This document shows, piece by piece, positions 1 through 6,626 of a stretch of 17,593 nucleotides of DNA (position 1 is the stretch's first letter; every line of letters starts with the position of its first letter). Position numbers and translations under genes: made by a program. Source of the DNA: Candidatus Micrarchaeia archaeon (GTDB lineage Archaea; Micrarchaeota; Micrarchaeia; Burarchaeales; JACRGF01). The notes under the pieces are model-generated. The model saw only the letters and a list, made by a program, of their open reading frames with translations, was not told the DNA's origin and searched no databases. The stretch covers positions 1-17,593 of the forward strand of contig JAWCPB010000024.1 of assembly GCA_038870455.1 (NCBI GenBank), in the 5' to 3' direction.

Positions 1-350
1 CGGTTGTACTCGTACAGGTTGTTTCCCGAGAGGTTGAAGGACATGTTGAAGGGGCCTGTTGGGGCGGTGTCGAATTCGATCTGGCAGATGCCGCCGTCGC
101 TCTCGTTTGTGATGGCCGCGCCGCTCGCGTTCGTGTAGTTGGCATAGAAATTGATTTGGGAAGAGGAGTTGAGGCCGAGGCTTCCTCCCTCGGGGTCGTT
201 CGAGTCCCAGATGGAGAGATTCGCGGTGGCGCCCGAAGTGTAGTTCGAGTGAATGCCCAGCGCGGCAGCGAGCCTCATTCCATCCAAATCAACGGCAAGA
301 CAGCCAAGCAGCAGCAGGGCTGCCACCGACAGCAATAGCCCGCTTTTCAC
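1..350 (-). CDS. Secreted/surface glycoprotein, N-terminal part only (runs off left edge; not in ORF track)
   Basis: Manual translation from GTG at 350 is open to the edge: MKSGLLLSVAALLLLGCLAVDLDGMRLAAALGIHSNYTSGATANLSIWDSNDPEGGSLGLNSSSQINFYANYTNASGAAITNESDGGICQIEFDTAPTGPFNMSFNLSGNNLYEYN... It has a signal peptide (possible LLGC lipobox), 8 N-x-S/T sequons, and a TATA box 24 nt upstream. Confidence 0.8.
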   Translation of the reverse strand, partial: MKSGLLLSVAALLLLGCLAVDLDGMRLAAALGIHSNYTSGATANLSIWDSNDPEGGSLGLNSSSQINFYANYTNASGAAITNESDGGICQIEFDTAPTGPFNMSFNLSGNNLYEYN

Positions 351-373
351 GCTATGGACTTGGCTGGTGCTCC

Positions 374-381
374 TATATAAA
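374..381 (-). promoter_or_regulatory. Archaeal TATA box (TTTATATA) for the gene starting at 350
   Basis: Plus-strand tatataaa reads TTTATATA on minus, 24-31 nt upstream of the GTG, consistent with a leaderless transcript. Confidence 0.65.
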
Positions 382-399
382 TATAGCTGCGCCCAGCGG

Positions 400-723
400 T
401 TATTTCAGCACGACAGCTGTTCCTGTGGCGGTCACCATGACGTAGCCCTCGAGCACCTCGCTGATGTCCAAATCCACTCCGACAACCGCTTCGCGCCCGC
501 CTCGGAGGCCTTCTTCTTCATTTCCTCCATTGCTTCGGCGCGCGCCTTGTCGAGCTCGCCGATGTAGGAAGCCGCGCGGCCGCCCGTGAGGCTCTCGATG
601 CCCGCGAGGAACCTTCCCAGCACTCCGCGCGTGCGAATCGTCGTGCCGAAAAATGCCGATGACGCGCTCCACCTCACGCCCAGGAATGACGTGCGTGGTC
701 GAGGTGATGATGTCGTTCGCCAT
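400..723 (-). pseudogene. YbjQ/UPF0145 family (putative heavy-metal-binding) protein with two compensating frameshifts (pseudogene or sequencing error)
   Basis: The N-terminus (MANDIITSTTHVIPGREVERVIGI) and C-terminus (AVVGVDLDISEVLEGYVMVTATGTAVVLK) are in the frame of ORF 400..873. The family-typical middle (FGTTIRTRGVLGRFLAGIESLTGG...ELDKARAEAMEEMKKKASEAGA) is in the frame of ORF 432..677. Shifts occur at about 649-653 and about 490-491. Confidence 0.85.
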
Positions 724-746
724 GAAGGGGTTTTGGCGGAGCGGTT

Positions 747-1397
747 TTATTCCTTTGCGTTCCTCCACAGCGCTTGGAACAGCGAGCGCCGGGAGGCCGC
801 GAGCCCGGCGTCGTTGATGAGAACCGCGAGAAAGGCCTCGCCGGCCGTAAACAGCATGGTCTTGTTGCCGCACACGGCGAGCGGCACTCCCACAACAATG
901 GTCTTCGGGAGAAAGCGCGCTCCCTTCAGGCCGGGCTTGCCTTCCGCGAGCACCTTCTTCCTTGCAGGGAGGAGCTGCGCGAGCTTTTCCGCAGGAGGCG
1001 GAAAGCCCAAGAACAGAATCTCCTCCTCGGCCTCGAGCTCTGCGGCAAGCATCCGCAGCCCCTTCTCGCCCTCGAAAACCCTCACGCCGGGGCCCCTGGC
1101 CGCCGGCATCACCAGCGACGGGATGAAAGCCTGAATTTCCTCAATCCTTCCCTGAAGCAGCTTCGCGAGCCTCGCCCTGTCAGCCCAGAACTCCTTGACG
1201 TTGTTGCGGAGTATGAAAGCCACGAGGCCGCGGTGAATAAGGCGGTCGAGCGCGGAATACACGAGCTCCCTGTGGAGGCCCGTTCTCTTGATGAGCGCGC
1301 CCGCGCCGCAGGGCCCGAGCTCGAGGAGCGCGCCCGCCACCCTCGCCTCGACCTCGGTCAGGCCGGCTAGCGCTAGAACCTCCGCCTGGTCGCCCAT
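747..1397 (-). CDS. TrmB-family winged-HTH transcriptional regulator
   Basis: The N-terminal LAGLTEVEARVAGALLELGPCGAGALIKRTGLHRELVYSALDRLIHRGLV is the TrmB HTH pattern. It is followed by a VRVFEGEKGL linker and a short C-terminal domain ending in FQALWRNAK. Confidence 0.85.
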   Translation of the reverse strand: MGDQAEVLALAGLTEVEARVAGALLELGPCGAGALIKRTGLHRELVYSALDRLIHRGLVAFILRNNVKEFWADRARLAKLLQGRIEEIQAFIPSLVMPAARGPGVRVFEGEKGLRMLAAELEAEEEILFLGFPPPAEKLAQLLPARKKVLAEGKPGLKGARFLPKTIVVGVPLAVCGNKTMLFTAGEAFLAVLINDAGLAASRRSLFQALWRNAKE

Positions 1398-1417
1398 GAG
1401 AGGGTTACGCGGGCGGG

Positions 1418-1457
1418 ATTTAAAAGGCTTGTCATGATGTTGTCATGATATGATGAC
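1418..1457 (-). promoter_or_regulatory. TATA box (TTTTAAAT, 1425-1418) plus adjacent repeated candidate operator
   Basis: The TATA box is 21-28 nt upstream of ATG 1397. TTGTCATGAT occurs twice (1429-1438, 1440-1449), and there is an inverted GTCAT-N6-ATGAC at 1442-1457. Confidence 0.55.
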
Positions 1458-1499
1458 CACTTATATGCAGAGAGGAGAACACCCGGAAATAACGCGGCC

Positions 1500-1889
1500 T
1501 CACCAGCTCTGGATGCCAAGCTTGGGGATTCTTGAAAAGTGTTTGATATTTCTCGTGACGAGCGTTGCGTGGTTGGCCTCAACTATACCGGCAATTAGCA
1601 GGTCGCGGATTTCAAGAACCTCGCGCTTTTGGTGCAGCTCGAACGCCAGCTCGGCGGTTTTCTGGGCTGCAGCGTTAGTAAATTCCAGCACTGGGAGAGC
1701 GTGCAGAAGGCGCTGCGCGGCCTGGAGATTATCTGGGCGGCCGCTTTTCCGCGCGCCGAAAAGAAGCTCGAATGCAGTGATCGCGGTGGCAGCGGTTTCT
1801 CCCTCCGTCTCAAGCCGCTCAACTGCTAGGCGCGCGTCCTCGCTCCCCCGGAGAAGCGCCACGAGCAAGTCAGTGTCTAAGACTTCCAC
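1500..1889 (-). CDS. vapC: VapC PIN-domain ribonuclease toxin
   Basis: PIN motifs VLDTDLLV, ITAFELLFG, RDLLIAGI and LVTRNIKHF. The protein is 129 aa and overlaps the upstream antitoxin. Confidence 0.92.
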   Translation of the reverse strand: MEVLDTDLLVALLRGSEDARLAVERLETEGETAATAITAFELLFGARKSGRPDNLQAAQRLLHALPVLEFTNAAAQKTAELAFELHQKREVLEIRDLLIAGIVEANHATLVTRNIKHFSRIPKLGIQSW

Positions 1890-2100
1890 TCCAGCGCCCC
1901 CACAGCTTTTTCAGCTCTCGCTCCATCGCGGCTGCTTCGCGTTCGCTCATCTTCCACTTTCCGAAAAATTCCTTCACCGAAGGCTTTGTTTTCTTGGTAG
2001 CCAGACGAAGGAGCAGCGCGTTAAAGGATTCGCCCACGCGCTTCAAGGATGCGAGGCGCAGGTACACCTCATCGCTGACGCTCAAATTTTTGTAACCCAT
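1870..2100 (-). CDS. vapB: Archaeal VapB-family antitoxin
   Basis: KNLSVSDEVYLRLASLKRVGESFNALLLRL...FFGKW matches the archaeal VapB pattern (K.I.I.DE.Y..L...K...ESFS). It is 76 aa and lies directly upstream of, and overlaps, vapC. Confidence 0.88.
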   Translation of the reverse strand: MGYKNLSVSDEVYLRLASLKRVGESFNALLLRLATKKTKPSVKEFFGKWKMSEREAAAMERELKKLWGRWSGSLRH

Positions 2101-2125
2101 GTGTATGAATCTGTGTATATAGAAA
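2100..2125 (-). promoter_or_regulatory. vapBC promoter/operator
   Basis: A TATA-like TTTCTATATA (2125-2116) overlaps a direct repeat TGTGTAT at 2100-2106 and 2112-2118. Confidence 0.5.
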
Positions 2126-2196
2126 CTTGCGCTGATTGGGCGCGGCTTTTTCCATACGGAACGTGGTCGGGCGGCGGTTCTCTCTGCTGGAATTCG

Positions 2197-2514
2197 CTAA
2201 CGCCTGGCGTGTTGCTTGGGAATGGTTACGCCGTAGGCATAGAGGAACACGCTGGCCGTGGTTGCGGCGTGCGCGGCGAGCAGGAACGCCTCGAGGTGGA
2301 GCCTGCTGATGGGGAGGGGAAAGCTGGAGACGTAGTAAGCGAGCAGCAGGAGCGAGGACAGGAAAAGCGCGGCCGAGGAGGAGGCCAGGGAATAGAACGC
2401 GATGGGGGAACGGCAGTATTTCCTGAAGGAGGCCGCGAACCACCACAGCGAGGCGGAGAGAATAGAGTAGGCGAGCACTTGGGCGATGACCGCGAGCGTT
2501 TCGGCTAGGCCCAT
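2197..2514 (-). CDS. Small membrane protein, about 3 TM helices (105 aa)
   Basis: The start is moved to ATG 2514 (MGLAETLAVIAQ...), preceded by SD-like GGTGGTGGAG and overlapping the end of the upstream gene. There are three hydrophobic segments. Confidence 0.7.
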   Translation of the reverse strand: MGLAETLAVIAQVLAYSILSASLWWFAASFRKYCRSPIAFYSLASSSAALFLSSLLLLAYYVSSFPLPISRLHLEAFLLAAHAATTASVFLYAYGVTIPKQHARR

Positions 2515-2813
2515 GACTCCACCACCATCGAGTTCCTGAGGCGCTTGAGCGCGCCGGCGAGCGCGAGCGAGGCGAGAAGCGAGGATGCTGAGTAGAGGAG
2601 CCTCCATCCCAGCGGAATGTCCGCGCCCTTCTGCAGGTAGGCCACCGCCACGAGAGGCGGGAGCAGCGCGAGCGCTGTCGCGAGAAAGGAAAACTCCCAG
2701 CCGGTGCGCCTATTGGACAGCACTTCGACGCGGTAAGAGAAAAAAGCGATTATCAGCATGGTCAGCCAGGCGAGCATGGCCGCGGCGAGCGCCAGGCCCG
2801 ATTGGGCGAGCAT
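2505..2813 (-). CDS. Small membrane protein, about 3 TM helices (about 102 aa; alternative start 2822)
   Basis: Three hydrophobic segments (LALAAAMLAWLTMLIIAFF, FSFLATALALLPPLVAVAYL, LLYSASSLLASLALAGAL). TATA spacing favours ATG 2813. Confidence 0.7.
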   Translation of the reverse strand: MLAQSGLALAAAMLAWLTMLIIAFFSYRVEVLSNRRTGWEFSFLATALALLPPLVAVAYLQKGADIPLGWRLLYSASSLLASLALAGALKRLRNSMVVESWA

Positions 2814-2834
2814 GAAAGGCATTCGGGAAGGCTG

Positions 2835-2843
2835 TTTTTAAAT
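2835..2843. promoter_or_regulatory. AT-rich TATA element in a divergent intergenic region
   Basis: TTTTTAAAT lies between divergent genes starting at 2813 (-) and 2878 (+), and reads as a TATA box on both strands. Confidence 0.5.
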
Positions 2844-2877
2844 GTGTGCGGCCAATTCAAGGAAAAAGAGTGGGGGA

Positions 2878-3813
2878 ATGAAGGCGATTGTCACGGGCGC
2901 GAGCGGGAGGCTCGGGAGAGCGCTGCTCGCCAGGCTGAGGGGAAGGGCGGGCGTGAGGGCGCTCGTCAGGAGCGAGGAGGCAGCGCGTGCGCTGCCCAAG
3001 GGAGTTGAGGTTTTCTACGGCGATGTGAGGGAGGAGCTTCCACCAAAAGCCTTTGCCGGGGTGCAGGTCGTGTTCCACCTCGCCGCGGTCGTTTCGCCCG
3101 ACGCCAGCGAGGAGGAGCTGAGGGAGGTCAATGTAGAGGGCACTCGGAGGGTGCTCGCGGCCTGCCCGAAAAAACTGAAGAGGTTTGTTCACGTCTCGTC
3201 CATATCGGTTTACGGCAAGAGGCCGGGGGGCGTGGTCACCGAGAGCACGCCTTTTTCACCGTCGGATGGTTACGGATGGAGCAAGCTGTACAGCGAGATG
3301 GCCGTGAAGAACTTTGCGCGAGTTCCATGGACGATTATCAGGCCCGGCGTGATTTACGGAAAGGGCTTCAGGGAAGGCTTTTTCGAAGTGCTCAGCCTCC
3401 TTGAAAAGGGGAGGATGCCGCTCATAGGCCCAGGTGACACCTTTCTCCCCCTCGTGCACGCGCGCGACGTGTGCGACGCCCTGCTGCTCGCGGCAAAGAG
3501 CGAAAGTGCAGTCGGGCGGGCTTACAACATCGTGGGGGAACAGAGGACGCAGGCAGAGGTGCTGGCGAGGGCTGCCAAAGAACTTGGGGTTCCCTTCCCC
3601 CGCTGGAGAATCCCGGCTTGGGCCGCGCTGGGTGTTGTGGCCGCGCTGCGCGCTCTCGGGAAAAAGAAGTTGAGCGCAGAGTACGTGGAGGTGCTGGCGG
3701 CCGACAGGCGGTTCGACTGCACAAAGGCGCGCACGGAGCTGGGCTGGAAGCCGAAAGTAGGGCTGGAGGAAGGAATTAAAGAAGTGATTGAGTGGTATAA
3801 AGGGGTAAGATGA
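2878..3813 (+). CDS. NAD-dependent epimerase/dehydratase (extended SDR family)
   Basis: MKAIVTGASGRLG (TGxxGxxG), VFHLAA, NVEGT, HVSSISVYG, YGWSK (YxxxK) and IIRPGVIYG. The start is set at ATG 2878 after a G-rich SD-like sequence. Confidence 0.92.
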   Translation: MKAIVTGASGRLGRALLARLRGRAGVRALVRSEEAARALPKGVEVFYGDVREELPPKAFAGVQVVFHLAAVVSPDASEEELREVNVEGTRRVLAACPKKLKRFVHVSSISVYGKRPGGVVTESTPFSPSDGYGWSKLYSEMAVKNFARVPWTIIRPGVIYGKGFREGFFEVLSLLEKGRMPLIGPGDTFLPLVHARDVCDALLLAAKSESAVGRAYNIVGEQRTQAEVLARAAKELGVPFPRWRIPAWAALGVVAALRALGKKKLSAEYVEVLAADRRFDCTKARTELGWKPKVGLEEGIKEVIEWYKGVR

Positions 3814-4607
3814 AGGCAGGCAAAGTGGAGAAGTACATTCTCGAAAAAATAGAGCGTGAGGGAGCGCTCATCGGCGTGGTCATAGACCCGCTCGACCACC
3901 CTTCGCCAGAGGCGGCCGTGGCGGCAGCGGGCGGGGCGTGCGCGGCAGGAGCAGATTTAGTAACAGTTGGGGGTAGCACGGGCGCGCAGGGTGAGCTGCT
4001 CGACACAGTGGTGAGGGGGATTAAGGAAAAAGTGGACTGCCCTGTGGTCCTTTTTCCCGGTAACATCGCCACGCTCAGCAGGCATGCAGACGCGGTTTAT
4101 TTCATGTCGCTGCTGAACAGCCGGAATCCCTACTGGATTTCGCAGGCGCAGACGCTCGCCGCGCCCGTGGTCAAGGCACTGGGCATCGAGCCTCTGCCCA
4201 TGGGCTACATAGTGGTCGAGCCCGGCGGCACGGTCGGGTGGGTGGGCGACGCCAACCTCGTGCCCCGCGACAAGCCTAAGATAGCCGCCGCGCTGGCGCT
4301 CGCCGGAGAATTCATGGGGTGCAGGATGATATTCACCGACTGCGGCAGCGCCTCGCCCGCGGGCAGCGTTCCCCTCGACATGGTGAGGGCGGTCAGGCAG
4401 GCCATCAGCGTGCCCTACCTCGTGGCGGGAGGCATTCGCACGCCCAAAGAAGCCGCCGACATCATATCAGCCGGGGCGGACTGGGTGCAGATCGGAACAG
4501 CGCTTGAGAGGGCGGGCGAGAAAGGCAAGGCGTTCAAGGAATTCTTGCGCGCGGTCAAGGAAGCCGGCAGGAGGAGGGTATTGCCTTTTAAAGAAAAAAG
4601 CGCATAA
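3810..4607 (+). CDS. Geranylgeranylglyceryl phosphate (GGGP) synthase, archaeal ether-lipid biosynthesis
   Basis: VIDP, VGGST, PVVLFPGN, ADAVYFMSLLNSRNPYWI, PMGYIVVEPGGTVGWVGDA, AGGIR and GADW motifs of the archaeal (group II-type) GGGPS. ATGA overlap with the SDR gene. Confidence 0.93.
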   Translation: MKAGKVEKYILEKIEREGALIGVVIDPLDHPSPEAAVAAAGGACAAGADLVTVGGSTGAQGELLDTVVRGIKEKVDCPVVLFPGNIATLSRHADAVYFMSLLNSRNPYWISQAQTLAAPVVKALGIEPLPMGYIVVEPGGTVGWVGDANLVPRDKPKIAAALALAGEFMGCRMIFTDCGSASPAGSVPLDMVRAVRQAISVPYLVAGGIRTPKEAADIISAGADWVQIGTALERAGEKGKAFKEFLRAVKEAGRRRVLPFKEKSA

Positions 4608-4613
4608 TTATGC
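4586..4613 (+). promoter_or_regulatory. TATA box embedded in the GGGPS 3' end plus 12-bp palindrome
   Basis: TTTTAAAG at 4586-4593 is 21-28 nt upstream of ATG 4614. A perfect palindrome GCATAATTATGC lies at 4602-4613. Confidence 0.55.
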
Positions 4614-5090
4614 ATGGCAAAACTCTCGCGGCTCCGCCAGCGCTATCCAACACAGCAAGAGTGGGAAAAGCGGAAAGATGAGCTCAAAAAGGCTTTTATT
4701 AAATTCCCTTTTCTTCCCTATCACATCCAACGTCTTGAGGAAAAGGCCGATGCCGCAAATAAATCGCCCTGGTGGAAGAAAAAAGAGTTGATTGAAGAGA
4801 TAAGACAGGATGCAGAGAACATCCAGAAACCTCTTTCGGCCATTGGAGTGAAGATCAAAATTCTCGATGAAAAAGGGGAGGAATGGCCGGAGAATAGGGT
4901 TGAGGTCACTGATGTTGCACGCAAGCTCGCCACGTTAGACTTTGCCAATTTTATCGACAAGAGAGCGAATCAGCTTAAAAAAATTATAACATACGGAAAG
5001 CCGCTCTCCGTGCTCGATAAGCTCGCGAGCGACCTGAAAAAAATGATTGAGGAGGCACTGAAGCCCGTGCAGGGAAAACTTTTCGGGTGA
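4614..5090 (+). CDS. Hypothetical Lys/Glu-rich helical protein (158 aa) with C-terminal QGKLFG
   Basis: Clean ORF with its own TATA box, protein-like composition, and a GTGA overlap with the next gene. No family recognised. Confidence 0.75.
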   Translation: MAKLSRLRQRYPTQQEWEKRKDELKKAFIKFPFLPYHIQRLEEKADAANKSPWWKKKELIEEIRQDAENIQKPLSAIGVKIKILDEKGEEWPENRVEVTDVARKLATLDFANFIDKRANQLKKIITYGKPLSVLDKLASDLKKMIEEALKPVQGKLFG

Positions 5091-5725
5091 AGGTCATGAA
5101 CAGCCAGAAAAGCGGGAAAAAGCCGGCTGAGCTGGTCAATCCCAGCCTGTCCAGAGTCGGGAATAGACTCGTCCTCAAGGACCTGAACCTCGCCTGCAGT
5201 TATGTTTTTGGAAAGGAAGAAGGAGGGCGGTTTCCGTTTTTGTTTAAGATTGGGAAGAGCGCAGAACTGCTGGTCGAGCAGCCTAATGGAAGTATTTCAA
5301 GCGCGGACTTCGAAGAGCTCTGCAGGTTCGTCTCGCAAAACGTCAAAGTCCTTTCGAAACTCGAGGCGAACGAGGCACTCGCGCGCGTCCGGAACGCGTG
5401 CGAGAGGGAAGAGGACAGGAACAAGCTGAAAGTTGATGGAAAAATCAAGGTCGGCAAGACAGGGGAGGCGATCGAGCTGGATTTCCTGGCCTTCCGCATC
5501 GAAGGTGATGGGCGGCTGATTGTCGTGCCAAAGATTGGAACGTTCCTCAGCGCAGGAAAGGCATGGTTCGAGGTGTGGGATGGGAGCCCCAAAGAGAAAG
5601 TGGTTGAAGCGCTGAAGCCTGCTATTGTGAAAGTCAAGTCGGACGCTCCTCCTGATGTAAAGGCCTTTGAGGTCATTGACGGCGGGGTGGTGGTGACGGC
5701 CAGCGCGCCAGCCCAATCTTTTTAA
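5087..5725 (+). CDS. Hypothetical protein (212 aa; alternative start 5096)
   Basis: Coupled to the upstream gene by a GTGA overlap. Soluble, with a mixed alpha/beta-looking sequence. No family recognised. Confidence 0.7.
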   Translation: MKVMNSQKSGKKPAELVNPSLSRVGNRLVLKDLNLACSYVFGKEEGGRFPFLFKIGKSAELLVEQPNGSISSADFEELCRFVSQNVKVLSKLEANEALARVRNACEREEDRNKLKVDGKIKVGKTGEAIELDFLAFRIEGDGRLIVVPKIGTFLSAGKAWFEVWDGSPKEKVVEALKPAIVKVKSDAPPDVKAFEVIDGGVVVTASAPAQSF

Positions 5726-5726
5726 A
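5719..5726 (+). promoter_or_regulatory. TATA box (TTTTTAAA) overlapping the upstream stop codon
   Basis: Located 22-29 nt upstream of GTG 5748. Confidence 0.55.
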
Positions 5727-5747
5727 CTGGTTTACTGAAACGATGTT

Positions 5748-6257
5748 GTGAGCGAAAAGCCGTCAGTGGCATCAAGGGGAATTCCTTCCAGGGAGGCGCT
5801 TTACCTTCCGAGGCACGATAGTCCTGAGCTGCGGCGTTTTCAGGACGGCGAGGTCCCAACGCGCAATGTCTGGAGCCTCGAGGAGGTTGTGAACTTTGTC
5901 TTTCCGGCAAAGTACCAGCGGAAGTATCATGAGGCTGCGGTTGCTTTCCTGAAGTTTCTTTTCGAAAAGCAGAGGGTGAGCGGGGCCGAGACCGGTGAGT
6001 TCGTGCGAAGCGCGGGCATAAGCAAGGCCACTTTTTATAATAGAGTGCTGCTGCGCCTTAAACGCGTGGGGATGGTTAAGGTGGAGAGGGAGACTGTCGT
6101 GGCGCTGGAGAGCAAGCGAAAATACAGGCCCATGTTCATCTCGCTGTCCAAGACTTTTGGAAACTACTTGAACAAGATAGGCGAGTCGTGGCTCGCGATT
6201 GTTGATGACGCGAGGACGAGGAAGCTGGTGGCGGCTCAGGCAGAGGGAATTAAATAA
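5748..6257 (+). CDS. Putative winged-helix DNA-binding protein (169 aa)
   Basis: AFLKFLFEKQRVSGAETGEFVRSAGISKATFYNRVLLRLKRVGMVKVER fits HTH plus wing (GISKATFY...L...G.V). Confidence 0.75.
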   Translation: MSEKPSVASRGIPSREALYLPRHDSPELRRFQDGEVPTRNVWSLEEVVNFVFPAKYQRKYHEAAVAFLKFLFEKQRVSGAETGEFVRSAGISKATFYNRVLLRLKRVGMVKVERETVVALESKRKYRPMFISLSKTFGNYLNKIGESWLAIVDDARTRKLVAAQAEGIK

Positions 6258-6287
6258 GTGGAGGTTGAAAGCCCAGCGGGTGCGGGA

Positions 6288-6548
6288 ATGAAGAAAAAGA
6301 AGATCAAGCTCTCGCCGCAGCAGATCGCTGACTTGGTCAATCAGGCGCTCATCGAGGACTCGCTTGTGCTGGCGGCCACGCAGAGGGGCGTGGGCGGCAT
6401 CGTCGAGAGCTCCGAGGTTGAGAACAGGATGAGGAAGTTCGACGAGAGGCTCCTCGCCGCCAAGCGAATGGGGAAGAGGAGAGTGAAACCGCGGGCTGCT
6501 AGAAAGAGGCGCATTAAGAGAACCGGGGAAAAAGCGCGGAAAAAATGA
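6288..6548 (+). CDS. Small very basic protein with Lys/Arg-rich termini (alternative GTG start 6258)
   Basis: MKKKKIKLSPQQIADLVNQALIEDSL... with tail KRMGKRRVKPRAARKRRIKRTGEKARKK. It fills the gap between the wHTH gene and cdc6 on the same strand. Confidence 0.65.
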   Translation: MKKKKIKLSPQQIADLVNQALIEDSLVLAATQRGVGGIVESSEVENRMRKFDERLLAAKRMGKRRVKPRAARKRRIKRTGEKARKK

Positions 6549-6596
6549 AGATAACGGTATGTCTGGAGCCCCAGTTCGACCCGTGTTTTCGCTGCA

Positions 6597-6604
6597 TTTA
6601 AATA
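6597..6604 (+). promoter_or_regulatory. TATA box (TTTAAATA) of cdc6
   Basis: Located 23-30 nt upstream of ATG 6627. Confidence 0.6.
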
Positions 6605-6626
6605 TCTCTGAAGGCAAGCTTTTTCC

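Noticed and set aside
724-873. N-terminal extension of the 157-aa ORF 400..873
   Set aside because: It overlaps the TrmB-like gene out of frame, and YbjQ similarity begins at ATG 723.
1500-2100. Mobile element around vapBC
   Set aside because: No transposase, integrase, tRNA target or flanking direct/inverted repeats were seen.
2148-2162. ORB-like GTTCCGTATGGAAA on the minus strand
   Set aside because: Single copy, spacing differs from the ORB consensus, and it is 4.5 kb from cdc6. Likely a chance short inverted repeat.
1450-2508. 352-aa plus-strand ORF
   Set aside because: Antisense shadow of vapC, vapB and a membrane gene, with Ser/Arg-rich non-protein-like composition.
6549-6626. Replication origin (ORB elements) next to cdc6
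   Set aside because: The region is only 78 bp, with no recognisable repeated GTTCCAGTGGAAAC-like boxes, G-string or AT-rich unwinding element beyond a TATA box.
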